Virus record (IMG/VR): IMGVR_UViG_3300046169_000069
Strand: one strand, 5' to 3'
Source of the DNA: a virus
DNA length: 64,000 nt
In this document: piece after piece, positions 38,061-49,077 of the stretch
Position numbering within the stretch: the stretch's first letter is position 1
Layout: every line of letters begins with the position of its first letter
Position numbers and translations under genes: made by a program
Notes under the pieces: model-generated
The model's database searches: none
What the model saw: the letters and a program-made list of their open reading frames with translations, nothing else
What the model was told of the DNA's origin: nothing

Positions 38061-39473
38061 CTATACGGTAATGACTATCTTAATGTCTTCTTTTTGTTCT
38101 TCGTGACGACGAATTCTTGAACGGTTCTCAATATATAGAACTTCTCCAGAAAACCGATCAATGGCATTTTCTAATGTTACGGAAACGACTACGCCATATT
38201 CTGACGCACCTTCATTGGATATTCCTTCACCTGAGTTGCCATTCTCACCAATCAGAAACGGTTCAAATCCAGTAGATAGGTTTTGATGATAGTAAATTTC
38301 ATTCCCAATTGAATCGTCTACATACGCTTTTGCACCAGAAGTCGTGCCCGTAATCAAAGTGCCTTTTGTGAAGGTTGATGTCCCCACCAGTGTTATTGAA
38401 GGCAAGACTTTATCAGACGTGTTGATATAAGGAATTGGATCGCCTTCTGCATCCAAATCTAATGACAATGGATTTTTGATAAGGCCCATTTGACGAAATG
38501 TATTATCAACAATAAATGTATCATTTACCGTTCCATCTGGTTTGGTATTGATCATTACAGAACTTGTTTTCAAATCATCTACTGGATCAAATCCAAGTCC
38601 TTTTTTGCTTGTAATAACAGGCTCTACCACAGAAGGTGTAGAACCACCAATTATTTCAAATGAGGCATACGTATATCCCGAACCATAGTTTGACATTTCT
38701 ACCTTAACAAGATTTCCGTTCTCATCAATTACCGCTACTGCGGTTGCTCCATTACCATCACCATGAATATTAACTGTTGGGGGACTAGATTGGGAATATC
38801 CAGTCCCGGCTGTTACAAGTCTGGTACGAATAATTTCGCCTGGGATAGCAGTATCTCGTACGGTAATCTGTAGATCTTCGATAGAGTCTCCCGAAGGCAA
38901 ATCTATCTCAGCTTTCTGCACAGGAATATGATTAGATGATAGGAATTGAAAAATGCGTTCCGGCGTTAGGGTGTATAAAAACTTCCATACATAACCGTCA
39001 GAAGTTATAAATGGTTTCCACCACTCACGCACATTATACATCGGTGCATTGGGGTCTGTCTCTGGACTCATTGGAGCATGTAGTCCCCAGTTTGGTTCAA
39101 CTGTAGATACTGCATCAGCTGGAGATATACATACATAAACTTCTTTTGCGTCATTTAAAACGTAGAATGGTGTCCAATTCTCATCAATATCAGACTTAAC
39201 TGAATCGTCCCATCCAGCATAGGTGGAACCAGAAGACCAGTTCACGCGTCTAGCAACCATAGTAGATCCTTCGACCTTCTTGATCGACTGTAGGTTGTTT
39301 CTGAACTCGCGTTCTTCCCGTAAACAATCAACTGGATCAATCACAGAGTCGGCTTGATTAAAGGTATCACATTTACCGATACCGATATAGTACTCATCGG
39401 AAGAATTTTGTATGTTTGATAGAAGATCTCGCGCCAGAGTTCTACTCATTGTTTGTCTTACTATAGCTGGCAT
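38061..39473 (-). CDS. gp8: Baseplate wedge subunit gp8-like
   Basis: RRVNWSSG..Y..WDD, FYVLN..VYVCI, DGYVWKFLYT, FRQMGLIKNP, SGEVLYIENR..QKEDIKIVI. Confidence 0.85.
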   Translation of the reverse strand: MPAIVRQTMSRTLARDLLSNIQNSSDEYYIGIGKCDTFNQADSVIDPVDCLREEREFRNNLQSIKKVEGSTMVARRVNWSSGSTYAGWDDSVKSDIDENWTPFYVLNDAKEVYVCISPADAVSTVEPNWGLHAPMSPETDPNAPMYNVREWWKPFITSDGYVWKFLYTLTPERIFQFLSSNHIPVQKAEIDLPSGDSIEDLQITVRDTAIPGEIIRTRLVTAGTGYSQSSPPTVNIHGDGNGATAVAVIDENGNLVKVEMSNYGSGYTYASFEIIGGSTPSVVEPVITSKKGLGFDPVDDLKTSSVMINTKPDGTVNDTFIVDNTFRQMGLIKNPLSLDLDAEGDPIPYINTSDKVLPSITLVGTSTFTKGTLITGTTSGAKAYVDDSIGNEIYYHQNLSTGFEPFLIGENGNSGEGISNEGASEYGVVVSVTLENAIDRFSGEVLYIENRSRIRRHEEQKEDIKIVITV

Positions 39474-39504
39474 TTCATTTTCCCAAATAGAAATAATTAT
39501 TCTT

Positions 39505-39512
39505 TATTTATA
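39505..39512 (-). promoter_or_regulatory. T4-type late promoter TATAAATA
   Basis: tatttata, intergenic, upstream of gp8. Confidence 0.8.
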
Positions 39513-39518
39513 ATGGTT

Positions 39519-40397
39519 TTAAGAGTCTCTTAGAAAATTATTTAACCACACTTCTTTTTGGTGGTGAGACATCAAAAGGTCTTTATAGATTACTGGAAGT
39601 TCGTAGGGACTACTTCTATAATGATTGACATGACGCAAGGCCTCTTCTCGCAAAGGAGTTAGGTACTCATTGTAGTCATGAACTTTTTGTGCGCTACCTT
39701 CTGTTGTTCTATCAATACAATAGAAATCGCTTGACATCGATAAGAAATAACAAAGGTTTCCCTTTTGGTGTTCTGCCAAAAGTTTATATGTGTATGCATG
39801 ATCTTCGCCATTACCTATATCTACATTGAATCTATGTTCAGCCGACTTTCTACTTTGAAGAATAATAAAGTCTATTGAGACTGGACTTTCTTCTGTGAAC
39901 AGATGACTGACTTGAGGACCCATACTAGGTTTGGGAGCGCACATAGAAGTTCCCCATACACTCGCATGATATTTTTCATTTACCCACCAATAGTGGCCCG
40001 ACTCTAAGGCATAGTCACATATACAATCACATGGCACCACGCCTAGGACATCTATGCAAGGGAAGTGTTTGATGTGGTTATACAAAGACTGTAAATAAGA
40101 CGGATATAAAAAATCGTCTCCGTCCATTTGTGATACGTAATCTGCATCACTCTCTAAGAATACTTCTAGACACGCGTTCTTTCCCATTCCTGGCTTGCCA
40201 TTACTTTCGGTGTTTACAACGCGAAATGGTAGGTTGAGTGCGCATACATCTTCGTAGTATCCTTCATGAATACTATTAACTACTACAACGACTTCCCACT
40301 CTATAGGAGATATTTTCACAACACCTTGTGCGGATTTTACTAATCGTACTAGTTTAGGAATATCATTAGATGTCAATAGGGTTGTCAATAATTTCAT
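39519..40397 (-). CDS. GT-A fold glycosyltransferase (GT2-like)
   Basis: EVVVVVN, SNGKPGMGKN, DYVSQMDGDDFLYP (DxDD) and GED motifs. Confidence 0.75.
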   Translation of the reverse strand: MKLLTTLLTSNDIPKLVRLVKSAQGVVKISPIEWEVVVVVNSIHEGYYEDVCALNLPFRVVNTESNGKPGMGKNACLEVFLESDADYVSQMDGDDFLYPSYLQSLYNHIKHFPCIDVLGVVPCDCICDYALESGHYWWVNEKYHASVWGTSMCAPKPSMGPQVSHLFTEESPVSIDFIILQSRKSAEHRFNVDIGNGEDHAYTYKLLAEHQKGNLCYFLSMSSDFYCIDRTTEGSAQKVHDYNEYLTPLREEALRHVNHYRSSPYELPVIYKDLLMSHHQKEVWLNNFLRDS

Positions 40398-40399
40398 AA

Positions 40400-40954
40400 T
40401 TACTCCGCATGAAAAAAGAAGGTCTGGAACAGTCGGCCGTTGTGTTTATCGGTTCCAAATCCAGGCAATACACTACGATGGTAATACATAGAATCGTAAA
40501 TGACTATCCTATTATAAACATTCTTTGCTTCTGCGACGATCTCCCAATCGGATTCTAAAAACTCAAACTCATTGAAGTCGACCGCAGCGTCTGGGCTATG
40601 TCGCATGATGCCAGTAGGACCATGTCGATATATCGCAGTGCCGGAGTCTAGAGGAGCGTCGGGTGTTAAGTATATGACCGCAGCGTGTGACATCTCATCA
40701 TGGTGAACCCAAGTCCGAGAATCTTCTGTGGTATACTGAAAGGAAGTGTTATAACTATCAGTAGGAAACTGAGTTATCTTTTTTCCTATGATTGATTGAA
40801 AGTTTTCAATTAGGTGATCGTGATAACCACCATCGTTGGAACACGGTTGTGTTCTCCAGCCGGGATAGTTTCCGGAAACATTAAACTCTTGACTAAGAGC
40901 GTATTCTCTAACAGCATCTGGGTTAGAGTAAAAGTCTTCAATTATAGTAAACAT
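40400..40954 (-). CDS. 2OG-Fe(II) oxygenase (DUF6445 / prolyl-hydroxylase-like)
   Basis: IIEDFYSNPDAVR..YPGWRT, WVHHD (HxD), AAVIYLTP..SGT, NRIVIYDS..YH, GRLFQTFF. Confidence 0.8.
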   Translation of the reverse strand: MFTIIEDFYSNPDAVREYALSQEFNVSGNYPGWRTQPCSNDGGYHDHLIENFQSIIGKKITQFPTDSYNTSFQYTTEDSRTWVHHDEMSHAAVIYLTPDAPLDSGTAIYRHGPTGIMRHSPDAAVDFNEFEFLESDWEIVAEAKNVYNRIVIYDSMYYHRSVLPGFGTDKHNGRLFQTFFFHAE

Positions 40955-40973
40955 TATATACCTGTAGTTGGAA

Positions 40974-40991
40974 CCCCCTCTTGCGAGGGGG
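40974..40991 (-). terminator. GNRA-loop hairpin between the collagen gene and the oxygenase
   Basis: ccccctc-gcaa-gaggggg on the minus strand; poor U tract, so probably leaky. Confidence 0.45.
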
Positions 40992-40997
40992 AATAAA

Positions 40998-43769
40998 TTA
41001 GTTTATCTTACCAATCTTCACCCTCAATGCGTTGGAGTTGTCAAAAATGTCTATAGACGTTGACGAAAACTCAATTCGTTCATTGGGTGGTGTCCCTGTA
41101 TTTAGGAGACCACTCATATCAATAAATCCTTGGTTGTTCGTCAACTCTGTGAAGTCAGCGGTTGATGTTCCTGTTATATTCTGAGTAGATCTATACACTC
41201 GACCCGAATTAATATGCCACCAAACGTCGCCAACAAAAATCTTATCTACTGTACGGAATTGTTTAATTCCTGCAGAAGCGGTTGCGTTTACATTTGATGG
41301 AAACGTAGTAGACGTGTTGAACAACACTGCGTTACCGAATCCACCAACTGGGCCCTGTTGACCAGTTATACCCGCAACACCCGTAACGCCCTGTGGTCCA
41401 TCTGCTCCAGTGGCGCCTTGTTTTCCGGTAGCGCCTTGTTGTCCAGTAGCGCCGGTAGCACCGTCTGGTCCAGTAACACCGTCTGGTCCAGTAACACCTT
41501 GTTTTCCTTGAGGGCCTTGTTTTCCGGTAGCGCCTTGTTTTCCGGTAAGCGCCGGTAGCACCGTCTGGTCCAGTGATACCCTGTTTTCCAGTGGGGGCCC
41601 TGTGGTCCATCTGCTCCAGTACCGCCTTGTTTTCCAGTGGGGCCCCTGTGGCCCATCTGCTCCGTGGCACCCTGTTTTCCGGTAGCGCCTTGTTGTCCAG
41701 TAGCGCCGGTAGCACCGTCTGGTCCAGTACCGCCTTGTTTTCCAGTGGGGCCCTGTGGCCCATTATTACCAGTTTGCCCTTGAATGCCCTGTCTACCTTG
41801 AGGGCCTTGTGAACCTTGTGGGCCGTTGTTTCCGGTTTGCCCTTGAATGCCCTGTCTACCTTGAGGTCCTTGTGAACCTTGGGGACCATTGTTACCTGTC
41901 TGTCCTTGGATGCCCTGTCTACCTTGAGGTCCTTGTGAACCTTGTGGCCCATTATTACCTGTCTGGCCCTGAATACCTTGGGCACCAGTATTACCTTGAG
42001 CGCCTTGTGGGCCGTTGTTTCCGGTTTGTCCTGTTATGCCTTGAACGCCCTGAGAACCCTGTGCTCCTTGTGGCCCATTATTACCTGTCTGTCCTGTTAT
42101 GCCTTGAACACCTTGAACACCTTGTGGTCCCTGTGGACCATTATTACCTGTCTGGCCTGTTATGCCCTGAACACCTTGAACACCTTGAGGACCCTGTGGT
42201 CCATTGTTTCCGGTTTGACCTTGCAGACCTTGTGCTCCAGTATTACCCTGAGCCCCTTGTGGTCCATTATTACCAGTCTGTCCTTGCAGACCTTGTGGTC
42301 CGGTATTGCCTTGAGATCCTTGTGGGCCATTATTACCAGTCTGACCCTGAAGTCCTTGTGGACCAGTACTACCTTGAGATCCTTGTGGGCCATTATTACC
42401 AGTCTGACCCTGAATACCTTGAACGCCTTGTGCTCCTTGAGGGCCCGGTTCTCCCGTCAATCCTTGAGGGCCAGGTTCACCTGTGTTACCGATAGGACCC
42501 TGTGGGCCTGGCGTGGTACCCGCTGGTCCCTGAGGGCCCGGATCGCCTGTGTTACCGATAGGGCCCTGTGGGCCTGGCGTGGTACCCGCTGGTCCTTTAG
42601 GGCCCGGATCGCCCGTATTTCCAGTTGGACCATGTGGACCAGTTATACCCTGTATTCCTTGAACACCTTGTGGGCCTGGTGGGCCCGGATTACCTGTCAG
42701 TCCAGTTAGGCCTTGGGCGCCTTGTGGACCTTGAATACCAACTCCGCCTGGATTTCCTGTCAGTCCTTGTGGACCTGCTCCGCCGGTTGCACCTTGGGCA
42801 CCAACCTCGCCTGGGTTTCCCTGTAATCCCAAAGGTCCAGTATTTCCTTGTGGTCCTTGAGCACCAACCTCGCCTGGGTTTCCGGTTAGACCAGTGGTTC
42901 CCGTTGCGCCTTGAACACCTTGCGGTCCAACTTCGCCCGGATTACCTGTCAATCCAGTTATACCCTGAGAACCCTGTGGCCCTTGTGCTCCAACTTCGCC
43001 TGGGTTTCCAGTAAGACCCGTTATACCCTGAGAACCTTGTGGTCCTTGAGCACCAACCTCGCCTGGATTTCCTGTAAGACCTGTTATGCCTTGAGGACCC
43101 TGATTACCTTGAGGACCAACTTCGCCGGGATTTCCCGTCAATCCAGTTATACCCTGCGGTCCTTGATTACCTTGAGGACCAACTTCGCCTGGATTTCCTG
43201 TAAGACCTGTTATGCCTTGTGGTCCCTGATTACCCTGCGGGCCAACTTCGCCTGGATTTCCGGTGAGGCCCGTTATACCCTGTGGTCCCTGATTACCCTG
43301 CGGGCCAACACCGCCTGGGTTTCCGGTTAAACCCGTTATGCCTTGAGGACCCTGAATACCTTGAGGTCCTATCGGACCAAATCCACCTTGGCCGCCAAGA
43401 GGGACCCTGCATTCCGATTGGTCCCTGCGGGCCAACACCGCCAATCTCAGAGTTGTCAATAAGGTCATTGATATCTTGAATTTCTTGGACCAACCCGCCG
43501 ATTTGGGTATCATGTCCCCCGACACGAACGTCAAGCAAATTAATAGCATGAGTGTTTGCAACGACTTCGTCTAATGTAACGCCATCAAAAGCACTGTCTA
43601 TAGAGTCAGTCACATACTTAGATAGAAACTCTAAGGACATGCCCTCTTCTAATTTTGTGATTTCATAAAGTTCTAGAAAGTTAGCATTAATCTTTTCACT
43701 AGCTTCGCGAAGCGTATCGCCTTTACCGTCGTTTGCTGATTGACCCGTGTTTAGAATTTTTCTTGTCAT
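40998..43769 (-). CDS. Collagen-like tail fibre (~920 aa, ~230 Gly-X-Y triplets) with a T4 gp9/gp10-type N-terminal baseplate anchor; several apparent frameshifts
   Basis: ORFs 43293..43769, 41366..43561 and 40998..41561 join. N-terminus [24 protein letters not shown]; C-terminus LRVKIGKIN. Confidence 0.85.
41335..43443 (-). repeat. Collagen Gly-X-Y array with 63-nt and 54-nt higher-order repeats
   Basis: Blocks ([21 protein letters not shown])n, ([10 protein letters not shown]..)n and (GKQGAT..)n. Confidence 0.9.
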
Positions 43770-43770
43770 T

Positions 43771-44721
43771 TTATCCGCCGTGTTGTTCTGTGTCTAGATA
43801 TTCGTATGATTGTGAGAGATCTAATGTACCATCATCTAGTGTGGGTGGTCGGACGCCTGCCCAATTCGCGACTGTAGTAAAGTCGTCTGATATTTGTTGC
43901 AATGTAATTGTTTCGTACTTGTCAAGAGTTTCAAGTGAACTGACAATGATGCCTGTACCATCGTCTTTCTGCGATTGTGTACGTGCATCTACCGGATCGT
44001 TCTCTTCCATAACGAGTAGAACATAACTTGGTTCAAAACTCATATGTCCAGTGGACTCAAGTACAACTGGATAATTTGGTGGTTCTAGTGGATCAGTAGT
44101 GATCCCCGACATAAGTTCTAAGTCAGCCGAACCTTGAGTGACCGTTTCACCCGCTAAGTAGAATCCCGCTGGGTGAACCATCTTCTTATATAGTTCTTCG
44201 TAGTCTCCAAAAGACATACCCGTTTTCAAAAGAATCGAGAAAATCTGATATCTTCGGTCGTCCTGAATACGTTTCAATGATTGTGGTCCAATCAAAGAAC
44301 CGCCTGGTTTATCGTTAAGAATGAAGATATCACGTTTAGGATAGATGACTTCTACTTCTTCACCATAAAACGCCTCAAAGAATTGTTCTACAGAAAGTTG
44401 TGTGCCCTTCGCACGATAGAACTGCGAAAGAAGTTTCGCCATAAACCGTGGATCTGCATTTGGATTTGCAGCAAATGATTCGGTATCAAGTCCATCACTA
44501 ATTTCTCTTATCAACAGATCTAGGTTTTTTAGATCCGTAGAGGAGATATTGCGCAAATCAAATAATTTTTCTATCTCTGGCGATTCCGTCTCATCAGCCG
44601 CAAAGTTATAGTAACCCTTTAAAAACTTAATTAATTCGGGGTACTGACTCTTAAAGAAATCCGGCAGTACCTGAGTTACTTTGGCCTGATGAAACTTGAG
44701 GTTGGTTCGACGATCGGACAT
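43771..44721 (-). CDS. Baseplate wedge protein gp7-like (short form)
   Basis: LPDFF..YPELIKFL..YY, FYRAKGT..F...YGEEVEV.YP, IQDD.RYQIFS, VHPAGF; directly follows gp6. Confidence 0.7.
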   Translation of the reverse strand: MSDRRTNLKFHQAKVTQVLPDFFKSQYPELIKFLKGYYNFAADETESPEIEKLFDLRNISSTDLKNLDLLIREISDGLDTESFAANPNADPRFMAKLLSQFYRAKGTQLSVEQFFEAFYGEEVEVIYPKRDIFILNDKPGGSLIGPQSLKRIQDDRRYQIFSILLKTGMSFGDYEELYKKMVHPAGFYLAGETVTQGSADLELMSGITTDPLEPPNYPVVLESTGHMSFEPSYVLLVMEENDPVDARTQSQKDDGTGIIVSSLETLDKYETITLQQISDDFTTVANWAGVRPPTLDDGTLDLSQSYEYLDTEQHGG

Positions 44722-46565
44722 TACAATGTAACCTTAATTTCACCCGTATCGATTCTGGACATAACGCTTGACACTTCCTCATCAAGTGTTATAATATAGT
44801 TACGTAAAGGAGTGACCTGTACTTTGATTTGCTGGAGTTGCACTAATCTTAATATCACTGCCCACAAAACCATCCTTATCCACCAATAAAGAATTTATTT
44901 TTACTTGACCAAGGCCTGGGTCATAACTACCGACATTTGAAATCTTAACTACGTCGTTTAGATCTACCATTTGTAACTGAGTAGATCCTAATTTATTTTT
45001 AATAACGAAATACTGTCCGTTTGATTTGAAAATAGATGACGTTACTGTGTAGTCATCCTTGTCTGGTTGAGCAAGATAGACAGGGAAGTTTACCACATGA
45101 TCCGACTCGTAGTATGTGTCAAAGTCTTCTGGTAAAACGCCGTTGTCTTCTAGTTGTTTTTCTTTTATTTCAATCAATCCCTGTATGTCAATGCGTTGTT
45201 GCATACGAACCGTCATTCGAGAGTTTAAGATGGCTGGAGATAGATTATCAATTTGCGTCAATAAATTAGAACGACGGAATGTTGCATCGAACGTGTTTAG
45301 TTCGTTTCGGACATAGGCGTTAATCAATGATTTAACATCGGTCTCTAATGATTGAGATTGAGTTACCTTAAAGGGATCAATGTTAAACTTTGTTTGAAGT
45401 TCTAGATATGTCTTTTGTGGATCTACAAATTCTAAATCAATAGACATGATAGAAAGGTTCGCAGCCAATTCTTGACGAATATTGTTCTTCTCTGTCACAA
45501 TCACTTCGTCACTGACGTTATCTCTAAAGTTTAAACTGACGAACACCTTACCGTATTGTGGTGGCAAATTATCGTTGCCTCCCCACGAAATCACATCACG
45601 AACATAGTTTGAATATCGAGCTTGAATTAAAAGCTCGGTAGTCGTCTGCGGTCACTAAACGATTCTGTGCAGCATATGCGCGAGGTGCATTTAATTTAAT
45701 AGAGTTTAAAGACTCTCTTTCCGATCCGCCAGCGGATGGTGATAATGTAGTTACTACAACATCGTCTAAGTCGTTCGGGGTAAACTTTTGTGCTCCATTA
45801 CCATTTAAGTGATTTGTTGAAATATATGACACTTCAATAACATTGCCTCGTACTGGGCGTTTTCCTAATACATTGCCATCACTAAAGGTAATGTCATAAT
45901 ATCCATTAGGAGTTTCATTTACCATGTATATTGTTGAATCGTCATTAATGGTAGTAACAGTTTGAATATCATGATAAGCTACAAAGTTTGGCGAGGTAGC
46001 ATTGTCCTTCACCTTAACAGATATGGTCGAGGTGTCAATATTCTCATCTTGAATAACATAACTCACATTGTCTGCATCGTTAGCAAAAAATGTTCTTTTA
46101 TTCATTTTACCTTCGACAATCTGCACATTTTCAAAAATAAATGTATTGTCTTGAGATATATCTACCGTATACGGTTCTATTGTCAAAAACTGATAACCAA
46201 TATCATCAATACTGGATAAAAACATTGTTCCTTTGTTTAAAGTAAATGTAGCTGGAGGATTTTCTATTGTTAACTCAACCCTTATCGTGGCGCGAGCCGC
46301 TGTGCGAGACTTCACAGAATACCCTAAAAGCTTCTGCGTGTCCGATTACCGAGGCGCGTATCTGAGAAGTTGTTAGAAAAGATTCGTTAATGGCCAAGTT
46401 TGCTATCAACGCATTGATATGCGTGTTATATGATAAGACATCTAGGATATTAGATAATCCACTCGCATTAAAATCATAATCTTCAAACTCACCACTGCTT
46501 CTAAGGTAAGTTTTTAATTTGGACTTGATGTCACTAAAATCTAAATTAGATGTGTTGATTGTCAT
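44721..46565 (-). CDS. gp6: Baseplate wedge subunit gp6, three apparent frameshifts
   Basis: LDFSDIK..F.DYDF.ASGLS.ILDVLSYNTH, NESFL, FSDG.LGK, AQNRLVTADDY, WGG..PPQYGKVF. Fragments join at ~46328, ~45631 and ~44816. Confidence 0.9.
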
Positions 46566-47006
46566 TTATCTTGACCTTAAAATGGTTAAGTCCATAGTAA
46601 CGACCTTTGGTGTATTCACAACAGCAAAAACCAGCTTCACACTAAGACTGTAATTAGTTTCGTTAAATCGCGCTGTAACTTGACGTACTTTTGCACGAGG
46701 TTCATCATTTTGTATAGCAAGTTTAATAACGTCTTCAATATCACTTAAGTCGAACTCTGTAGTTAAAGAAAACAAAAGTTTCTCTAACCCGCCTCCAAAG
46801 TATGGACGAAAGGGTACAGAACCTTTCTCTGTCAATAAAAGATTCTTGACTGACTGACGTACTGCAGCTGCATCGGTCTTCTTGTAAACGTCGCCAGATG
46901 TCTTACGTGCGAACGTGCAATCAATATCCGAATACTCACGGTCAATAGTTACCGTGATCGGTTTATTCTGCAGGTTTCCGTCTTGTGTAGAAAATACGCT
47001 TGCCAT
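46566..47006 (-). CDS. gp25: Baseplate wedge subunit gp25
   Basis: YSDID..F..DAAAVRQSVKNLLLT.KG..PFRP.FG..L..LLF..EPR. Confidence 0.9.
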   Translation of the reverse strand: MASVFSTQDGNLQNKPITVTIDREYSDIDCTFARKTSGDVYKKTDAAAVRQSVKNLLLTEKGSVPFRPYFGGGLEKLLFSLTTEFDLSDIEDVIKLAIQNDEPRAKVRQVTARFNETNYSLSVKLVFAVVNTPKVVTMDLTILRSR

Positions 47007-47027
47007 TACATTAAACTCTTTTCTTTG

Positions 47028-47035
47028 TATTTATA
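47028..47035 (-). promoter_or_regulatory. T4-type late promoter TATAAATA
   Basis: tatttata overlapping the upstream stop, before gp25. Confidence 0.8.
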
Positions 47036-49065
47036 CAGGAAGTTCTACATCAAATGAAGTTGGTATGCCAATCAACGGTAAAACATCGCAAAGTGTCAAA
47101 GTGAGTAAGTCCATTAACTTTCCTAAACCAATTGCGTCTAAGAATTTCTTGATCTTCTTGATCCAAATATTCAACAGTTCCTTCTCCCAGTTCGCGGCAA
47201 AGTCACGTGCAGCCTTGATCAGATTATCAATGTCTTTCTCGGCGGTCTTTACTGTCTCTTCTATTTCGCCACCAATCACATCCAACAAAGACATGCCAAA
47301 TAATGACACACCTTCAAGGTGATCAATGACCATACTGTATGCCTCTGCCTGCAAATCAAAGTTCTTTATTCTATCCTCGGCGTTTTTAAGTTCCTGTTCA
47401 AACTCCTTCTTTAAGTTGTCTATGTCAGCTTCTAGGTCGTCAATCTCTTGTTGAATCAGTTGGTCCATATTCTCTATGTCCGACTGCACCTGTTCTACTT
47501 CAGCGATAGCGTCCGTCTTAAACTGTTCTGCTTTCTGTTTAGCGATCTCAATTTGTGCCTTGATAAATGACTCAACGTCAAAGTTCAATAAATCAATTAA
47601 CGAAGGTAGACCTAACGCATCCCATATCTCTTTGAACTTGCCAATTAGTGCACCGAAGGCTCCGTGTAAAGCATTGGTGCAGAACTTGACAATTTCGGTC
47701 TTGATGTATTGCCATGTAAGTTTAGCTTTCCATTCGTTGCAGACAACACCAAACTCGCCATTGAACTGTTGGTACTCCGGCGGCAACAAGGAGAAGAACT
47801 GATCAATGATCGCACTCTTCTCTTCGTCTAGTTGATTCAACACAGAATCATATGCGTCTTGTTCTAGTTTACCACTTTCGAAGTCCGCTTTTAGTTGATC
47901 TATCTTTGCAGTGTATTCTCCGGTCATACCTGAGATTTGAGAGACAATGCGATTCTGTTCTTCTTCTTCAAGTATCTTTAGTACGTTGATTGATATACCA
48001 AGGACAGGTACACTGAAGTTGATAGGAATGACCTTTGAGATCATCTCTAACATCTTGGCAGGAATAAAGATATGGAACTCTTGTATCAACTCATTCCATG
48101 CATCGTCAGCTTCCTTCTGCCAGTTGCGAACCTGACCCTTCTTCCAATACGGGGATAGAATGTCGGCGATCAAATCCATGATCTCTTCTACCTGATCAAT
48201 GATGCCTTGTAACTGTTCTGTTATCTGCGCAATCTCGCCTTCAATCTGAGATTCTATTTCTGCTTGTATGTCAAAGTTCCGTACGTCAGAGTCTAAGTCT
48301 TCTACCTTCGCTCGCGCCTCTGCTTCTAGTCGCGTCTTCTCGGCCTTTACCTCTGCCTTGATGTCCGGCAATGAATCAATGTAGACCTGTAGTTTACTTG
48401 GTATCTGCGCAAGTTTATTGAACTCGTTAACGATATCGGCGCGGGTAGGTAGAGTGTTACCATCACACGGTATTTGTATGCCACCGATCGCAGGCAATGC
48501 GAGAGCGGGTAATGCAATACCAGCCAAAGACAAACCACCCGAAGCGAGTTTGCTGAGGAAGTCTGCGTCCTCTTTCTTAAGAGCGGGAAGGGTAGAATTA
48601 GGAACAGGTCTGATATTGAGTGTAGGGAGTTCTACCTCTACTATCGGTTCCGGTTCAGGTTCTGGCTCTGGCTCGGGTTGTGTTCAGGCTCTGGTTCTGG
48701 CTCAGGTTCCGGTTCAGGTTCAGGGCTTCTGGTTCTGGCTCAGGTTCTGGTTCAGGTTCAGGCTCTGGTTCTGGCTCAGGTTCTGGTTCAGGTTCAGGCT
48801 CTGGTTCTGGTTGTGGTTCTGGTTCAGGTTCTGGTTCTGGTTCCGGTTCTGGTTCTGGTTGTGGTTCTGGCTCCGGTTCTGGTTCTGGTTCTGGCGTCTG
48901 CGCAGCCCATAAGAGTTGATCACCCAACCGAATTTCAATGATTGGTTCATCACCTAAAAACGCAACATAAGTTGACCATACCAGATCATCACCCAGGCGG
49001 ACTTCGACGATCGGTTGATCGCCAAGTAGAACGTTGTGATTGTCCGACCCGTTAATGACTGGCAT
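47031..49065 (-). CDS. Hypothetical protein (~675 aa): two LGD..[VL]W repeats, long (Pro-Glu)n linker, helical/coiled-coil body; one apparent frameshift
   Basis: 48655..49065 joins the frame of 47031..48533 after removing 2 nt at ~48725. Confidence 0.6.
48645..48895 (-). repeat. Hexanucleotide repeat encoding ~40 Pro-Glu dipeptides
   Basis: (ggttct/ggttca/ggctct/ggctca)n. Confidence 0.9.
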
Positions 49066-49077
49066 AGGTGATGCCTA

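Noticed and set aside
41332-43479. Alternative-frame ORFs over the collagen array (and likewise over the PE repeat at 48418-48953)
   Set aside because: They are by-products of low-complexity repeats lacking stop codons.
44721-46565. Pseudogenes (gp6, gp53, gp26, fibres)
   Set aside because: The fragments rejoin cleanly without in-frame decay; indels are motif-biased insertions, consistent with sequencing error.
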